This document shows, one piece after another, positions 26,851 to 46,238 of a DNA stretch of 64,000 bases. Location of the stretch: the NCBI RefSeq assembly GCF_009914755.1, contig NC_060936.1. One strand, given 5' to 3'. Source of the stretch: the human T2T-CHM13v2.0 reference genome, Homo sapiens. A model generated the notes under the pieces. It searched no databases, had not been told where the DNA came from, and was given only the letters and a program-made list of their open reading frames with translations. Both the position numbers and the translations under genes were made by a program. Each line of letters begins with the position of its first letter. Positions within the stretch are counted from its first letter, which is position 1.

Positions 26851-28216
26851 CTAAGGTTCCTGGAGCTGGGTGTAGGGCAACAAAAGCACCCCTGTGGGCA
26901 CCACCACTGGCATTGTGCTTGGTCAGGCCTGAAGCCAGCACATCACTGAGACTTGCCCAAGGCCTGCTGTAACCATTACCTGGCTATCACCTTTGTTGGC
27001 TCAAGGCCCTGGGGCTCTACAATTAGCAGGTGGTGAAGCCAGTCAGGTTTGTGTCCTTCCCTTCAGGGTAGCAAGCTCCCCCGGTCCCTGGGCAGGTCCA
27101 GAGGTACTGTCTGCGAGCCAGGGACTGGAGTCAAAAACCTTAGAAGTGTACCTGGTGTTCTATTGTAGTGCAGCTGAACTGGCACTCAAACAACAAGACA
27201 CAGTCCTTCCCATTTTCCCCTCCCATTTCTACAGGCAGAGGAGCCTCACTCCATGACCACCACCACCATAGGCCCACAGGGTATACTGCCAGGCTACCAC
27301 TGATGTTCCCTTAAGACCCAAGGGGTTTTCAGTCAGCTTGTGGCAAATGCAGCCTGGCCTGGAACTCACCCTTCAGAACAGTGAGCTCCCTCTGGCCCAC
27401 AGCAGGTCCAGAAATGCCATCCAAGAGCCAAGTCTTAGAAGTGGGGACCTCAAAAACCTGCTTGGTGCTCTACCCCCAAATGGCTGAGCTGATACTTAAG
27501 GGCAAAACAAATCTCCTTTACTTTTCTCTCCACTTTTCTCAAGCAGAAGGAGTCTATCCCCATAACTACAACAGATGGGAATGTACTGAGTCTCACCTGA
27601 AGCCATCAGTCTTAGAGTCTCACCCAAGGCTCATGGCTCACTACTTGGGTGTCTCTGCTGGTTATTCCTGGCAGGTCCATCCTTTCTCCTCTTCCCACTT
27701 TATATCTTACGTTTTCCTTCATGATTTCATCCATGTCCATGGTTTTATCTGTCCATTTTAGGCTGATACTTCCAAATATATATGCCAGGTTGAGATTTTT
27801 CTCCTAAGTTCCAGAATTGCTATATCTCCTGGACAGCTTCACTGGGATATCCACAAGTGCTCCAAAGTAAACAAGTCTCAAATGGAATTATTCTTTCCCT
27901 TAAATTTGTTCACCTCTGAGCTCTTTAATCTAGTAAATGGGACCTACTCACCATAGCCTTAAGTCTTGGCATTATCCTTGATTTCTCTCTCCTTCAAACC
28001 CCACATACCATTGGCCACCAAATCTTGTTTATTTGCTTTTAAGCATTTCTCAAATGGGTCTCCTTTCTACCCCTACAGCCAGTGACTTACTTCAGACCTT
28101 ATCATTTCTTTAGGACTTATTAGTCTTATCTCCCTGCTTCTGACCTTGGTTTCTTTCAATTAGTCCCATAGAGCAAACAAACAAACAAACAAACAAAAAA
28201 TGACCTTTCTGAAATA

Positions 28217-28301
28217 TTAGGTCGATGCAAAAGTAATTGTGATTTTTGTGTGTGCCATTTTTAAGGCATAAAACACAATTACTTTTGTACCACCAACCTA
28301 A
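28217..28301. mobile_element. MADE1 (Hsmar1-derived MITE)
   Basis: TIRs ttaggtcgatgcaaaagtaattg / caattacttttgtaccaccaacctaa; TA TSDs. Confidence 0.88.
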
Positions 28302-29846
28302 TACAATCTAATTATTATTGTTTCCACACAATTTAAAAATAAATAATTCTCTGTAGGCTTCCAGATAAAACTTATGTTCGCCACCATGGCCCATAGTACC
28401 CTAACCTGCCACCTTCATCTCTTACCACATTCTGAATTACTCAGTTCCCTAGATGCCCCATGCTATCTCATAGATCCCAGTATTTCCACATGCTGTTCCT
28501 TCTGCTGGGTCTTGCTCCCTGCTACTAATACCTCTTCATGGCATTCTTCAAGACTCAGGTCAGACACTTCCACGTCTGAAGTTTCCCTGACGTTCCCCTT
28601 TTCCAAGCTGAGATTGGGCGCCCCTCCTGGTATATGTAGAAAATAGTCCATATATATTATCTGTGAAGACTTGACTTTGATTTTTAAAAAGTATCTGTTC
28701 ATGGTTTTCCCATCACTAGATTGTGAGTCCCTCCCTGCCCTCTCTACTATCTATCCTCTGCCCTGGCTTAGTTTTTCTTCAAGTACTTATCACCATCTGG
28801 CATGCTAGGTTTGTCTCTATCCCTCAAAAAGAATATGAGATACATGGATGTGGAGATGTTTTACCTGTTATGTTCACTGCAATATCCTTGACATCTAGAC
28901 TAGAACAGTATCTGGCACGTAGTAAGCACTCAGTAGTCATTTGTGAAGTAAACAAATAAATCTTCGCCCTGAGCACTTACTGCAGTATCTAACACATAAT
29001 ATGGGTTGTTACACTCTACTGCAACCTCGTTTACTCATCTGTCACCACTACAAGACTGTAACTCCTCAAGGTGACTGTATTTTGTTTATCTCAGTATCTC
29101 CAGTGCTTAGCATATTTTTTTTGGCATATACTATACCGAATAAATAAATCTCTTCAATACTGCAAATTCATCAGGGCAGGTGTAAGGTCCCACAACACCT
29201 GGAATATTGCCTTCCACATAAAAGATATTTGATGAATGTGTGTTTATTGCCAGCTGAACATAAGCCACAAACAAAATGCTTTATAAAAGTGAGGCATAAT
29301 ACCAGGGTGTGTGAATAGCATTACACATACTCAAAATCATTTTTTGAAACTCAACCTTGGGGGTCTTATCATTTCAAGTTAAGAATTAGATGTTTACACT
29401 GTTAAAAAATAAAATTTATGAGAGGAGTGTAATAAATTGGGATTATTTCATAAATTGTTTTCTTTATCTGAATAATGCAAAGATTTACTAATTTATTAGA
29501 GGTAACAAAATGGTGATATTTTATTTTGATTATTTTTTCTAAGCTGGAATGTTTCTAAAAAGACACATTTTCGCTCACTGACTATTTGATTACCCTAAAG
29601 AACAATTTGTATAGAAAATATAACATTCTTTTTTTGTTTGTTTCAAAGTAATGAGTTAGTTCACTTGCATTCTTCAAAGAAAAATAGTATATTTTTATTT
29701 TTAACTTTTTGTACCTTTGTGATCTAATGGATTTAAACATACTTAAAGTGTTTTCAAGTCATTGCAGTTATTATCTTTATTGATCCTCAATTATCTTATT
29801 TGGCCAGTGGAAATCTATGCAAGCCAGTTCTTGGATAGTTGTTTTA

Positions 29847-30466
<620 letters not shown>

Positions 30467-30469
30467 AAG

Positions 30470-35630
<5,161 letters not shown>

Positions 35631-35666
35631 TTTAGCCATGGAGTTGTTTTTTATTTTTCTATCTAG

Positions 35667-36130
35667 GTATTCTGTGTTTATTCTGGCCATTTTAAGCATC
35701 CTCACTACACACATACACACAAAAGAAGGGCGATGATGGATGTGTTAATTAATTTGACTGTAGTAATCAGTACACAATGTATACTCATACCAAATCATCA
35801 CACTGTTCACCTTGAATATACACAATTTTGTCAATGAAATATTTTAAAATACAAAATAAAAATTATTCTTCCAGCTTCTCAGAATTTTCTAAGGTTTTAT
35901 TTCTAAAACTAGAATGACAGTATAGCAAAGTATAAACCAATATAATTAAGAGGTCCCTAAGAAAATGTAGAAGTAGCTTTACTGGATTGCCACAGTGTCA
36001 CATCCTTTAATGCAGGTGAAAAATTGAGAGATCAATATTAAAATGTACTTAAGAGACACATAAAAAACATTTCACAACTTCACTTTGCAGATTACAATGT
36101 GAAATTTTAATAAGATTACCAAAATTTTAA
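35667..36130 (+). pseudogene. Pseudo-exon, possibly interrupted by an L1 3' fragment: ...ENVEVALLDCHSVTSFNAGEKLRDQY*NVLKRHIKNISQLHFADYNVKF...
   Basis: Candidate acceptors before 35667 or 35875. Ends TTTAA|gtattt in phase 2, matching the exon at 36580. Several stops. Confidence 0.5.
35690..35860 (+). mobile_element. Short L1M 3'-end fragment
   Basis: gatggatgtgttaattaatttgactgtagtaatc...acaatgtatac...aatcatcacactg, plus an A-rich tail. Confidence 0.75.
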
Positions 36131-36579
36131 GTATTTGGTCTTGTATAGATAACTAAAATTATTAATATTTATTATAAGAATATTACTGGTATATTAAACA
36201 TTTTTGTTTATATAATAAAACTCTTTTCTTTCTCACATTTCTTGGGGGAATCATTCAACTTCTCTGGGCCTCAATTTATTCATTGGTAAAAATGGGTCAA
36301 TTAGATTAGATTTTTGCTAAGACTTCTTCTAGACCTCAACTTTAAAAAAAAGTTTCCAGTGTTAACTGTAAAACAAAGTGTTTACCTCTAAATTGTTTTA
36401 AAATAATTATATCAATTGGAACATAAGTATATACAGATGCCTAGCAAATAATTTATAGATACTGTAAAATGAGTTTTTTCCACATTTATTTACTTGTAAG
36501 CTGCTAATCTAAAGTAATATTGTTTTGGGAAGAGAGGAAATGGAGTCACAAATTAATCTTTATACTTCATGTTCCAAAG

Positions 36580-36945
36580 GAAGAGAGATGTCTCTTGTTT
36601 AAGTAATCTGCCCAAAATCCAAGTCAGAGTGAGACTTGCTTTGGTGTCAGTCCTCTCATTTATTAATCTTACCAACAAAAAAGGTAAAAGCGAGTGTTTT
36701 TGAAAAGACACCTTGGCACTGTTGCAGCAGCTATTAAAGTAGAGGATTAAATTGTGTGAATCTAAGCTCCTCATAAGCCCTGGAAATCAAGATTGTTTTT
36801 GTGAGGAACTTGTTCAGAAACAAAAGAGTTTTACTGAACATTATGCTGTCTGGACAGTCTTCAAGAGCACATGGACACAATTTATTCTTTAACAGGAGCC
36901 ATGTTCTGGTTCAGATATAAAAGTTTCACAGAAAAACACTGTGGG
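36580..36945 (+). pseudogene. Pseudo-exon: KRDVSCLSNLPKIQVRVRLALVSVLSFINLTNKKGKSECF*KDTLALLQQLLK*RIKLCESKLLISPGNQDCFCEELVQKQKSFTEHYAVWTVFKSTWTQFIL*QEPCSGSDIKVSQKNTV(G)
   Basis: catgttccaaag|G...GTGGG|gtatgt; 121 codons in one frame with 3 stops; phase 2 to 2. Confidence 0.7.
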
Positions 36946-37044
36946 GTATGTGTAAAAGGAAACATTTAAAAATTGTATTATAATTACAGCAGACTATAAA
37001 GATACAGATTTAGTCATTGTTTATATTTTGCTCATTCTTGGAAG

Positions 37045-37366
37045 ATTTTTAAAATTAAAAATTTTTAATAAAAAGTTCTGGAAATCTTGAATGTGGCTTA
37101 CTATCCAACTTGTCTTTATATCCAACAAGAAAAGTGTGCATTTTAAATAAAGGTAATCTCAGGCCCATTTGGTGTTTTGGAAGCAGAACTGTCTGTAGCT
37201 GATACTTCTGGTGGTATTCTGAAATATATCCCCAGGCCCACCTTGGATTTCAGCCACAGCTATAGTGGAGAGTTCCACTCAATTTTTGATTCACTTTTTG
37301 GTGACAGCAACCAACCTTAAATGATTGCCCCATTTCTCTAGTTTCTGATCTTGTATCCTTTCCAAG
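37045..37366 (+). pseudogene. Pseudo-exon: ...VLEILNVAYYPTCLYIQQEKCAF*IKVISGPFGVLEAELSVADTSGGILKYIPRPTLDFSHSYSGEFHSIFDSLFGDSNQP
   Basis: 81 codons at 37075-37317 with one stop. The candidate acceptor before 37045 needs a 1-nt indel in an A-run. Candidate donor at 37367. Confidence 0.65.
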
Positions 37367-37389
37367 GTCATGGGAGCACCCTAGGCCTA

Positions 37390-37978
37390 TGTAAACCAAT
37401 AATAAAATTCCAAGGCCCCCCAGCCACCTGAATGGACATCTCCTCTCAGTCAAGGGCATTCCAACATTATCCTGAGAAACTAGTTTAGGGGATGATGGAA
37501 AGGGGAAGCCAGACATGCCCTTCTCCTTTTTGGAATTACTGATAGACCAGACTCTTTAAGTCTGATAAGAAACATTTACAATCTGGTCTCTCTGAAGTCT
37601 GCTACCTGGAGGCTTCATCTGCATGATAAAACTTCACTACCCCTTATCATAACCCAGACATTCCTTTCTATTGATTCCAGGTCTTTAGATAATAACTCTT
37701 TCAACCAATTGCCAATCAGAAAAGCTTTGAATCCACCTGTGACTTGAAAGCACCTGCTTCCAGTTGTCCTACCTTTCCAGCCTGAACCAATGTACATCTT
37801 ACATTGGTTGATGTCTTCTGTCACCGTAAAATGTATAAAACCAAGTTGTGGCCCAACCGTGATGGGTACATGGTCTCAGGATCTCCTGAAGTCTGTGTCA
37901 CAGGACACTGGTCACTTGTATTTGGTTCATAATAAATCTTTTCAAATATTTTATAGATTTTGACTCTTTTCCTTGATA
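37390..37978 (+). mobile_element. MER4A-like ERV1 solo LTR
   Basis: tgtaaaccaataataaaattc start; ataaatcttttcaaatattttatagattttgactctttt end; ccta/cctg flanks. Confidence 0.85.
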
Positions 37979-40496
37979 CCTGTGTGCAGGTAATCCCATG
38001 AGTATAGAGGAGTAATGCCCCCCACCAGTGGGTCCAGGTTAGTGGACAAATGCTGCAGCCATCAGGCCTTCCAGTGGACAATTCTAAAAGCACTGCTCAT
38101 TTCTAAGGAGCTGCTGGTCCTGGAATCAAATCCCACATGCCCATAATGGCAATCACAGTAATATACATCTTATTAGGTTGTCTTCTCTCTCATTCTTCCT
38201 GCTCTCTCACTCTTCCTGCTCTCTCACTCTTCCTGCTCTCTCACTCTTGCTTCCTGGGATTACCAAATAAATTCCTTGCACCCAAGTGTTTGTCCCAGGT
38301 TCTGCTTTAGGAGAAATGTAAAACTTTGATATGAGGCATGACCCTTGAGGGCAAATCTTAGGATGGGATTCTGGAACTGGATCACTTACCCTTTTTGCTG
38401 GGATAAGTGAGATGGTGATAACCCCTGGTGCGCATCCTAATTTGTATGAATCTTACCTGTGGTAGATTGGCGTGAGAAGAAGTGGGTTATCTGGTAGCTC
38501 TGTCACTACAATGGTATGGAGACAAAGGATTGTGGAATTGGCTCACATTTGTCAACTGCCTTGGAAGCCTTGAAAAAAACCTGGCAGGCCCGGATCAGCC
38601 AATTATCAACTTAGGGCACTCTGTGAAAGCCAGAAGTCCTCCTTGGCAGTGTTTAAAAAGGCTATTATCCCTTCAGCCATAGGGAAGCTGTGCTGAAAGT
38701 CAGATATACAATGTAACTGTAAGGAAGGCCGAGTGGCAAAGAGATAAAAGATGCCGCCTCAACAAGCCTCCTTTGCTAAAGTCAGGGCCCTCATGTCAAA
38801 GGAGTGAGACTCTGAGACCTGGGATGAGACAATTCGAGTGCATGTGCTTGAGGATCTTGAGTCACTGATTTCTTCTGAACCCTCCATGCCAACCAAAGGA
38901 GCTATTTCTCCCACCCTAGAGGAGAGCAACCTCCCCTTACCTGGAGACCATGTGAAGTGTTTGTCTGAGGTGGATGGCTTGTAAAATGACTCCTGTCTCT
39001 TCAAGATCTAATTCTGCCTTCCCCGACTGCTTTTAGATTAACTAATCTCAGAATTCAGCTGAGAAGAAAAATATAGTCCTTGAGCTGGGAAGAAATAGCT
39101 TATTTACTGAAAGAATTTTAGGTACTGGCTAATAAGTACTGGCAGTAAGTTGGAGAATATGAGTGAAGATAAGTCTTGTGTGGGCTGGACCAGAGAGGCA
39201 GAATATAAGGCTGGATAGAGGAGAGTTTACTGACACAGGAGCACTCTCTTATGACTAAAGATATAGTATCTCATCTTTATGACACATGAGCTGGTCTTAA
39301 CAGGCTGTTGGGGTGGCTTCTTGAGACTTCGTCATGATGGCCTACACTAAATGAGGCAGGAATGCTGGAAATGCCTTATCAAAGTGAAGAAGAGGTCAGA
39401 GGCAGAGAGAGGTGGATATGTTGATTGCATTTATTTAATGACAAGAGAGCAAATGTACCATTTTTCCCAGGAAGGGCCCAGAGAACACTCTCTTGATTAA
39501 GATAATAAAGGATGTCACTGAGGGTGACATCAACATCTTTGATAAAATCATCAGAAGCTGTACCCAACAGGCCAGGATTCACAGTAGGATATGATGCTGT
39601 AGAACTGGGCTCTTTAGTACTAATTGAGATGATAGGATTCCTTAATGGCAGGAGGCAGGTAGTGGCATTCAACCATCGGCAGCAAAGTGACAGCAAGCCT
39701 GAAGTAAATGCTACCTATGTTACCAGGAGTATATATGGTGAACGTTCACCCAATCTTTCTTCAAAGGACTTTAAACCACTTAGCAAAGTGAAACAAGTGG
39801 AATACCCAATCCTCTCAAAGGTTGTTGTATAAGGGCTCAGTTAACTTGATATCAAGTGATCTAAAATGTCCTCATTGTCCCTCAAATAGAGTGGAGGCTA
39901 TGGATACCAGGTAATAGATGGAGTTTGGGCTCCAGTCCATTTCACAGTATTTTCAATTGCTCCAGTGGGGTCCCTCTGATTGTTTCCCTGGTCTCTAGTG
40001 CATACCTGGGATAAATATTCTTAAAAGCTTCTCGTGAGCTTCCTGACCTATGGGAAAAAAAAAATCCATTGTGGTAGGGAGGATCAAGTGAAAAATCCCT
40101 AAAATTGTACCTTCCTTATCCCAGCCAAGATAGCAAACCAGAAACAATATTGCATTCTGAGTGGAATTTTTGAGATTAGCACCACTTCCAAAGACTTAAA
40201 GGATGCAGAGGTAGCATCCTCTGCATTTACCAGTATGGCATCTGCCATGGTGGAAGACAAGGGAATATTATCAACTTAATAAAGTGATAGTGCCAATCAT
40301 GTCTACCATGTCAAGCATGGTACCTTTCCTGGAACATATCAACACAGCCTCTGCATGATATGTGGCTGTTGTTCTGACAAACATTTTTTCAATCATTAGG
40401 AATATCAAGTGTTTATACGGAAAGGATAGCAATACGTATTAACTTGATTGCCCCAGAACTATGTTAGCTCTCCTGCTCTCTCTCATAGTGTAGTCT

Positions 40497-40818
<322 letters not shown>

Positions 40819-41692
40819 TAGTCTTCAGGGATTTTGTTCATTCTCACATTACACAGAACCTTGTGTTGATCCTCTATACTGATAACATCAGCTGCATCTA
40901 TCTGGTAAACAGAAAGCAGAAAGAACTCTTGGTGTTCTATAAGATGCACACCAGCCAGAGGATGGAAGATTCAGATCCCTACAGCTTTTAGAGATCCAGT
41001 AGTCTGGAAGGTGCTGGGACATCCCTTCCAAAGTAAAGGACAGATTAGTGAACTTTCACCCTTTACCGGTAAGAAAGAGACACAGCATGTTGGGGACTTC
41101 TGCTTTTGAAAGCATCATACACTTTCTCAGGAATACAGCTCTGAATTGGAAGACTACATGCTTTATGTGGGGCCCAGAACAAGAGAGGGCTCTGCTGCAG
41201 GATCAGGCTATGATATAAGTTGCCCTCCTCCTTGAACTATATGGCTCAGATTACCCATTGATGATAGAGATGTCTATGGTAGATATGAAGATTGTGTGGC
41301 ATGTCTAGTCAGCCCTAATAGAAGATTAATAGCACAGACCCTTTGCTTCTGGAGCAAAGGTCTTGCCTTCTTGTTGTTTGAAAAGCAACACCTAGCATGT
41401 GCCCAGTAGAAGCTGAGAATCTGACTATATATGATATCAAGTGATTAACTGAGCTGCCCATCATAAGCTGGGTTTTATCAGATACACCATAAAGCCACCT
41501 AGTCACAGTAGCAATCCATTATTCAATGGAATTATATGTTTGGGATGAAGCCTATAAAAGTCAATAAGGCACATGTAAGTTACATGGACAAGTGACCTAT
41601 CATTTATTTCCCATATCATTTACATCTCTTAACACTAATGCCTATTCTTCAACCTACTTGTATGATCTCATGCAGAATCTTCAATGGTCAAC

Positions 41693-42150
41693 TGTATCAG
41701 TTATTTATTGCTACAATTATGTGGTAACAACCAAGAACAATAAAAAACTGTAAGATAATCAACAGTGAGCATTTATTATTCACATCCACAGCCAGCTGAG
41801 AATTGGCTAGGTAGGTCTTCCAATCTTGGCTGGTCTTGCTCATGTCTTGGGTTGGCTGATATATGAATGGAACAACTCATCTCTGCTCCATGCATCTTTC
41901 ATCGTCATTAGACTATCCAAGTCAAGTTCTTATGTCAATAACAGAGCCACAAGAGAAGGCAAGACCAACCAAGTATTTGTCAAGCCTCTGCTTGGATCAC
42001 ATTTGTTAATATTCCATTGGCTAAGTTCAGAATCCAAAGTTAAGGCCAAATGCTCTACTCAGAGGGGGAGGGCAATGCAAATATATAGCAAAAGGCATGC
42101 AATAGGGAGAAAGTGAATAATTGAAGCTACTTTTGCAATATTATCTCACT
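41693..42150 (-). mobile_element. MLT1-type LTR inside ERVL pol
   Basis: tgtatcagttatttattgct...gtaacaacc start, typical of antisense MLT1. Confidence 0.6.
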
Positions 42151-44359
42151 AGCTGACAGCAAACAGTGGACCTTGTTGATGCATGGACAAGCTTGATATA
42201 TATTGGTGTAGGCAAAAATGGCTTGCTGCCACACTGCTGCCTCTGACAGAGGTGGCTCTAACAATTAGTGGTGAGGAAAATAATCTTCCTGATGGACAGA
42301 GCTTCAAACAGTACACTTTGTCATGATGTTGCTGAAGAAGCACATGGCCTGAGTTAAATACTACAGACTTTTGATCTTGGTAACTGGTTTGGCTGGTCAG
42401 GGATAAGAAGGGAGCAATATTGGAAGATTAGAGAAAGTGAGATTTAAGGATGAAGAATGTGGACAAAACTATGGGAATGTGTCCAAAGTGTGGAGATTTT
42501 TGTAGGATGAAATGCCAGAAAGAAAACACTCACCTGAGGAGGCAAAAATTAGGTGGACAAGATGATTTCTCCAGTAGATGTCAGCCAGCCTTGTCCTTGA
42601 TTGCCCCAGGTTATACAATGAGCCCACAAATGGAGTAATCGTGGCAGCAGAGATGCCGGCTATGCTTGGGCCCAACAGCTTGGGCTTCCACACTAATGCT
42701 CATCTAGTGATGAGCTAGATGAGCTAGGATTCAGCTACTGCTGAATACCCTATTTGTCGGCAGCAGAGACCAATGATTTGGTACTATTCCTTGAAGAGGT
42801 TAACCAGTCACTTGGGAGCAATTTATTTGCATTAAATTCCTTCCACCCTGGAAGAGGAGTAATTCTTTCTTATTGTAATTAATTACTACTCTTAATAGGG
42901 GCTTTCCTTTCCTTCCAGCAGCACCTCTGCCAGCATTACCCTCTGATAGCCTACAGGATGTCTATTACCAACATGGTATCTCGCATTACACTGCCTCAGA
43001 TCTTGGGATTATTTTGTAGTAAATGACTAACAACAGGCGCATGAATTGTTGGATCCACTTGTCTTACCGCATACAGCATCATCCAGAAGAAATCAATCAA
43101 ATAGAACAATGAAATGGTCTATTATAGGCTCATTGTAGTCACCATCTCAGAGATGACATTCTGCAAGGTTGAAGTGCTAATCTCTAGGATGTGGTAAAAG
43201 CACTACAAAAATGGCTAGCATATGATGCCATGTCCTCAGCTGCCAGGATTCACAGATCCAGGAACCAAGAGAAAAGAAATAGGAATGATCCTTCTCCACC
43301 ATTCTCAGTGACATTCTTTTGTAATTGTGCTTCCCATCCCTGCCGCCTCAGACTTTCCTGGAAGTCCCAGTTCCCAGATGGGGTAGGGGGAAGGAACTAG
43401 CACACTTCCATGGGGGAGCACAGTAAGGATTCCACTAAGCTGAATCTACTGCTGCCAATCGGTCCCTTGGGACTGCTCATGTCTGTGGGACAAAAATAGG
43501 AAGTAATATGTTAACATGAGGAGCTAGGGTTGTGATTACAAAATGAAACAGGAAGAATGTGTCTAGAACGCAGGTGGTTCACTGGGGCATGTCGTGGTGC
43601 TTCAGTGCCTGGTAAGAAACAGCAAACAGATGACTGTGATAATCATAGCCTAAACAGGGCAAAGCAATCAAAGCCCTAGAAAACTTAAAGGATGAAGGTC
43701 TGGGTCACTATGCTTGACAACCAGCCTAGACCAGCGGAATTTCTGATATAGAGCAGGAGAAATGTAAAATGGGTGGTGGAAGAAGATGATAAGTACCAGT
43801 TTTGGCCTTGCGTTCAGTCATAGTGACAGTAATTGTGGCTTGTCTCACTAATCTTCATGTGTAGATTTTAGAAAGACTGTGGCTGGCCATCACCTTGTGT
43901 TATCCCACAGACAAAAGACAAAGTAGACTTAACATGGGACTCAATCAGTTCTGAATTGACTGCATTTGGGTAGACTGCAGCAAATATCTCTTTTGCACAT
44001 TCCCTCGTCCACTTCCGGTATCAGTCACAGCTACATGGATAGTTCTAGGTGAGTAAGCTTGGACTTGTCCTTTCTGCTTGTGAAATCCCACTGCAAGCCG
44101 AAGCCATGTATCTTTCTGCTTCCTGTTCCAAGTCTTTCTTCAACACTGGGGTGCTGCTTTTCCACACAGAAGCACAGCCCAGAAGTGCAGGGATAATTAA
44201 TGCCCCTGGAGGCAACTCAACTAACGGGGGATGGAAATTGCTTAATTAATGTTCCCAGTTTTATTAGGTGGAAAATTTTGGGAGGCATTCTGAAAGCTTC
44301 TCAGAGGGTCTTGGAGCACTCAAACCCCAACTGGCAATCTTGATAACATACTTCTTAAA

Positions 44360-44653
<294 letters not shown>

Positions 44654-45030
44654 GATAATAAACTTTTAAGTGGTTTTCTCCCTTTTCCTCTCCCTGTTTT
44701 TTTACTTCTGTTTTCTGGGATCACCTTGTGAATGACCTGTATACACCCAAGTCCTTTTCTCAGGCTCTACTTGCAGGTGAACTAAACTAAAATGGGCACA
44801 ATTAGTTAAATGCATTTATATATTTTTCACATAAGTACTTTAGGAATTTTCTAGACTGTGTGTAAATAACTATGAATAATAATTATTTATTTGCAAGGTG
44901 AGGTGAGAACATTTTAATCCTGCACACATTTTTTTTTGTTTAGGTAATACAGGAGTTGATGGCAACGATGGTTACTCATTATGAACCACACTGAAACGAC
45001 CTTCAATTCAATTTCCATCTGCTAATAAAT

Positions 45031-45302
45031 ATAGTCAAGTGCTGCATAATGTTTTGGTCAACATCCCCTAAGATTATAAAACCATATTTGACTGCACCTT
45101 TTCTACATTTAGATACACAAATACCACTGTGTTACAACTGCCTACAGTATTCAGTACAGTGACATGCTGTGCAGGTTTGTAGCCTAGAAGCAATAGGTTT
45201 GTGTAAGTACACTTGTTATGAAATCCACAATGTTTGTACAATAAAACCGCCTAATGACGCATTTCTCAGAACATATCCCTGTTGTTAATCAATGCATGAC
45301 TG
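45031..45302 (+). mobile_element. Tigger3a (MER7A)-like DNA transposon
   Basis: gttacaactgcctacagtattcagtacagt; ends catgactg. Confidence 0.8.
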
Positions 45303-45637
45303 CATAAGAATATCTGACTTAAAAAACACATGAACTAATGGCCAAGTGGTGAAAGGCTGCATATGCTAAAAAATACTACCAAAAAGTTCCATACCCATAA
45401 CATATGTGATATGTAAGTTTTAAGTTGTCAAAGAAATTTCAACCCAGTATTACTTTCTACCAGAAATGTCTTTAACAACTCATGATATGAATCCATATAC
45501 TTTTCATGCTAAAATATTCACAAAAATTGAATAATTCACTTAGCCAAATTCACTGTTTTTTTTTTTTTTTTGCATTGGGTCTACTATTGATCACTAAACT
45601 CACACTGACTTCATTTAAAATTGCTCATTGCATCTCT

Positions 45638-45953
45638 TTTTATTTTTAAGACAGAGTTTCACTCTTGTCGCCATGGCTGGAGTGCAATGACGCAATCTCA
45701 GCTCACTGAAACCTTTACCTTCTGGGTTCAAGTGATTCTCCTGCCTCAGCTTCCCGAGTAGCTGGGATTACAGGCACCTGCCACTACGCCCAGCTAATTT
45801 TTGTCACCACGCCCAGCTACTTTTTGTATTTTTAGTAGAGATGGAGGTTTCACCATGTTGGCCAGGCTGGTCTTGAACTCCTGACCTCAGGTTATCCACT
45901 CGCCTCGGCCTCCCAAAGTGCTGGGATTACAGGCGTGAGCCACCGTGCCTGAC
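45638..45953 (-). mobile_element. Alu with 19-bp TSD aattgctcattgcatctct
   Basis: TSD at 45619-45637 and 45957-45975; internal ~24-bp tandem duplication. Confidence 0.95.
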
Positions 45954-46013
45954 TGTAATTGCTCATTGCATCTCTAAAATATTCTATCTTAGTATTTGTA
46001 GCACTAATTGTAC

Positions 46014-46238
46014 TTTATTTAGGTTATCCTATTTTTCATTTTGAGGCCCTTTATTTTAGCAACAAGACATACTGGCAGGTTAAAACTGCTTTATTATTAT
46101 TTTTTTAACATAGAAGAAGCTTGGTAGTGGACATGTGGCCATTTGATGTTTTTATGACTAAGAGAGTTCAGGCTCAATCTCTTACAGAATGTAAATGTAC
46201 CCCTATGCATGCATATGTAATTCTTATCAAAATTAAGC
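46014..46238 (-). terminator. WASHC3: WASHC3 3' UTR with candidate AATAAA poly(A) signals
   Basis: tttatt on + (AATAAA on -) at 46090-46095, 46050-46055 and 46014-46019, downstream of the stop codon. Confidence 0.75.

Noticed and set aside
44843-44897. Exon-like block with a gtgagg donor just before 44944
   Set aside because: The implied intron to 44943 is only 46 nt and the frames contain stops.
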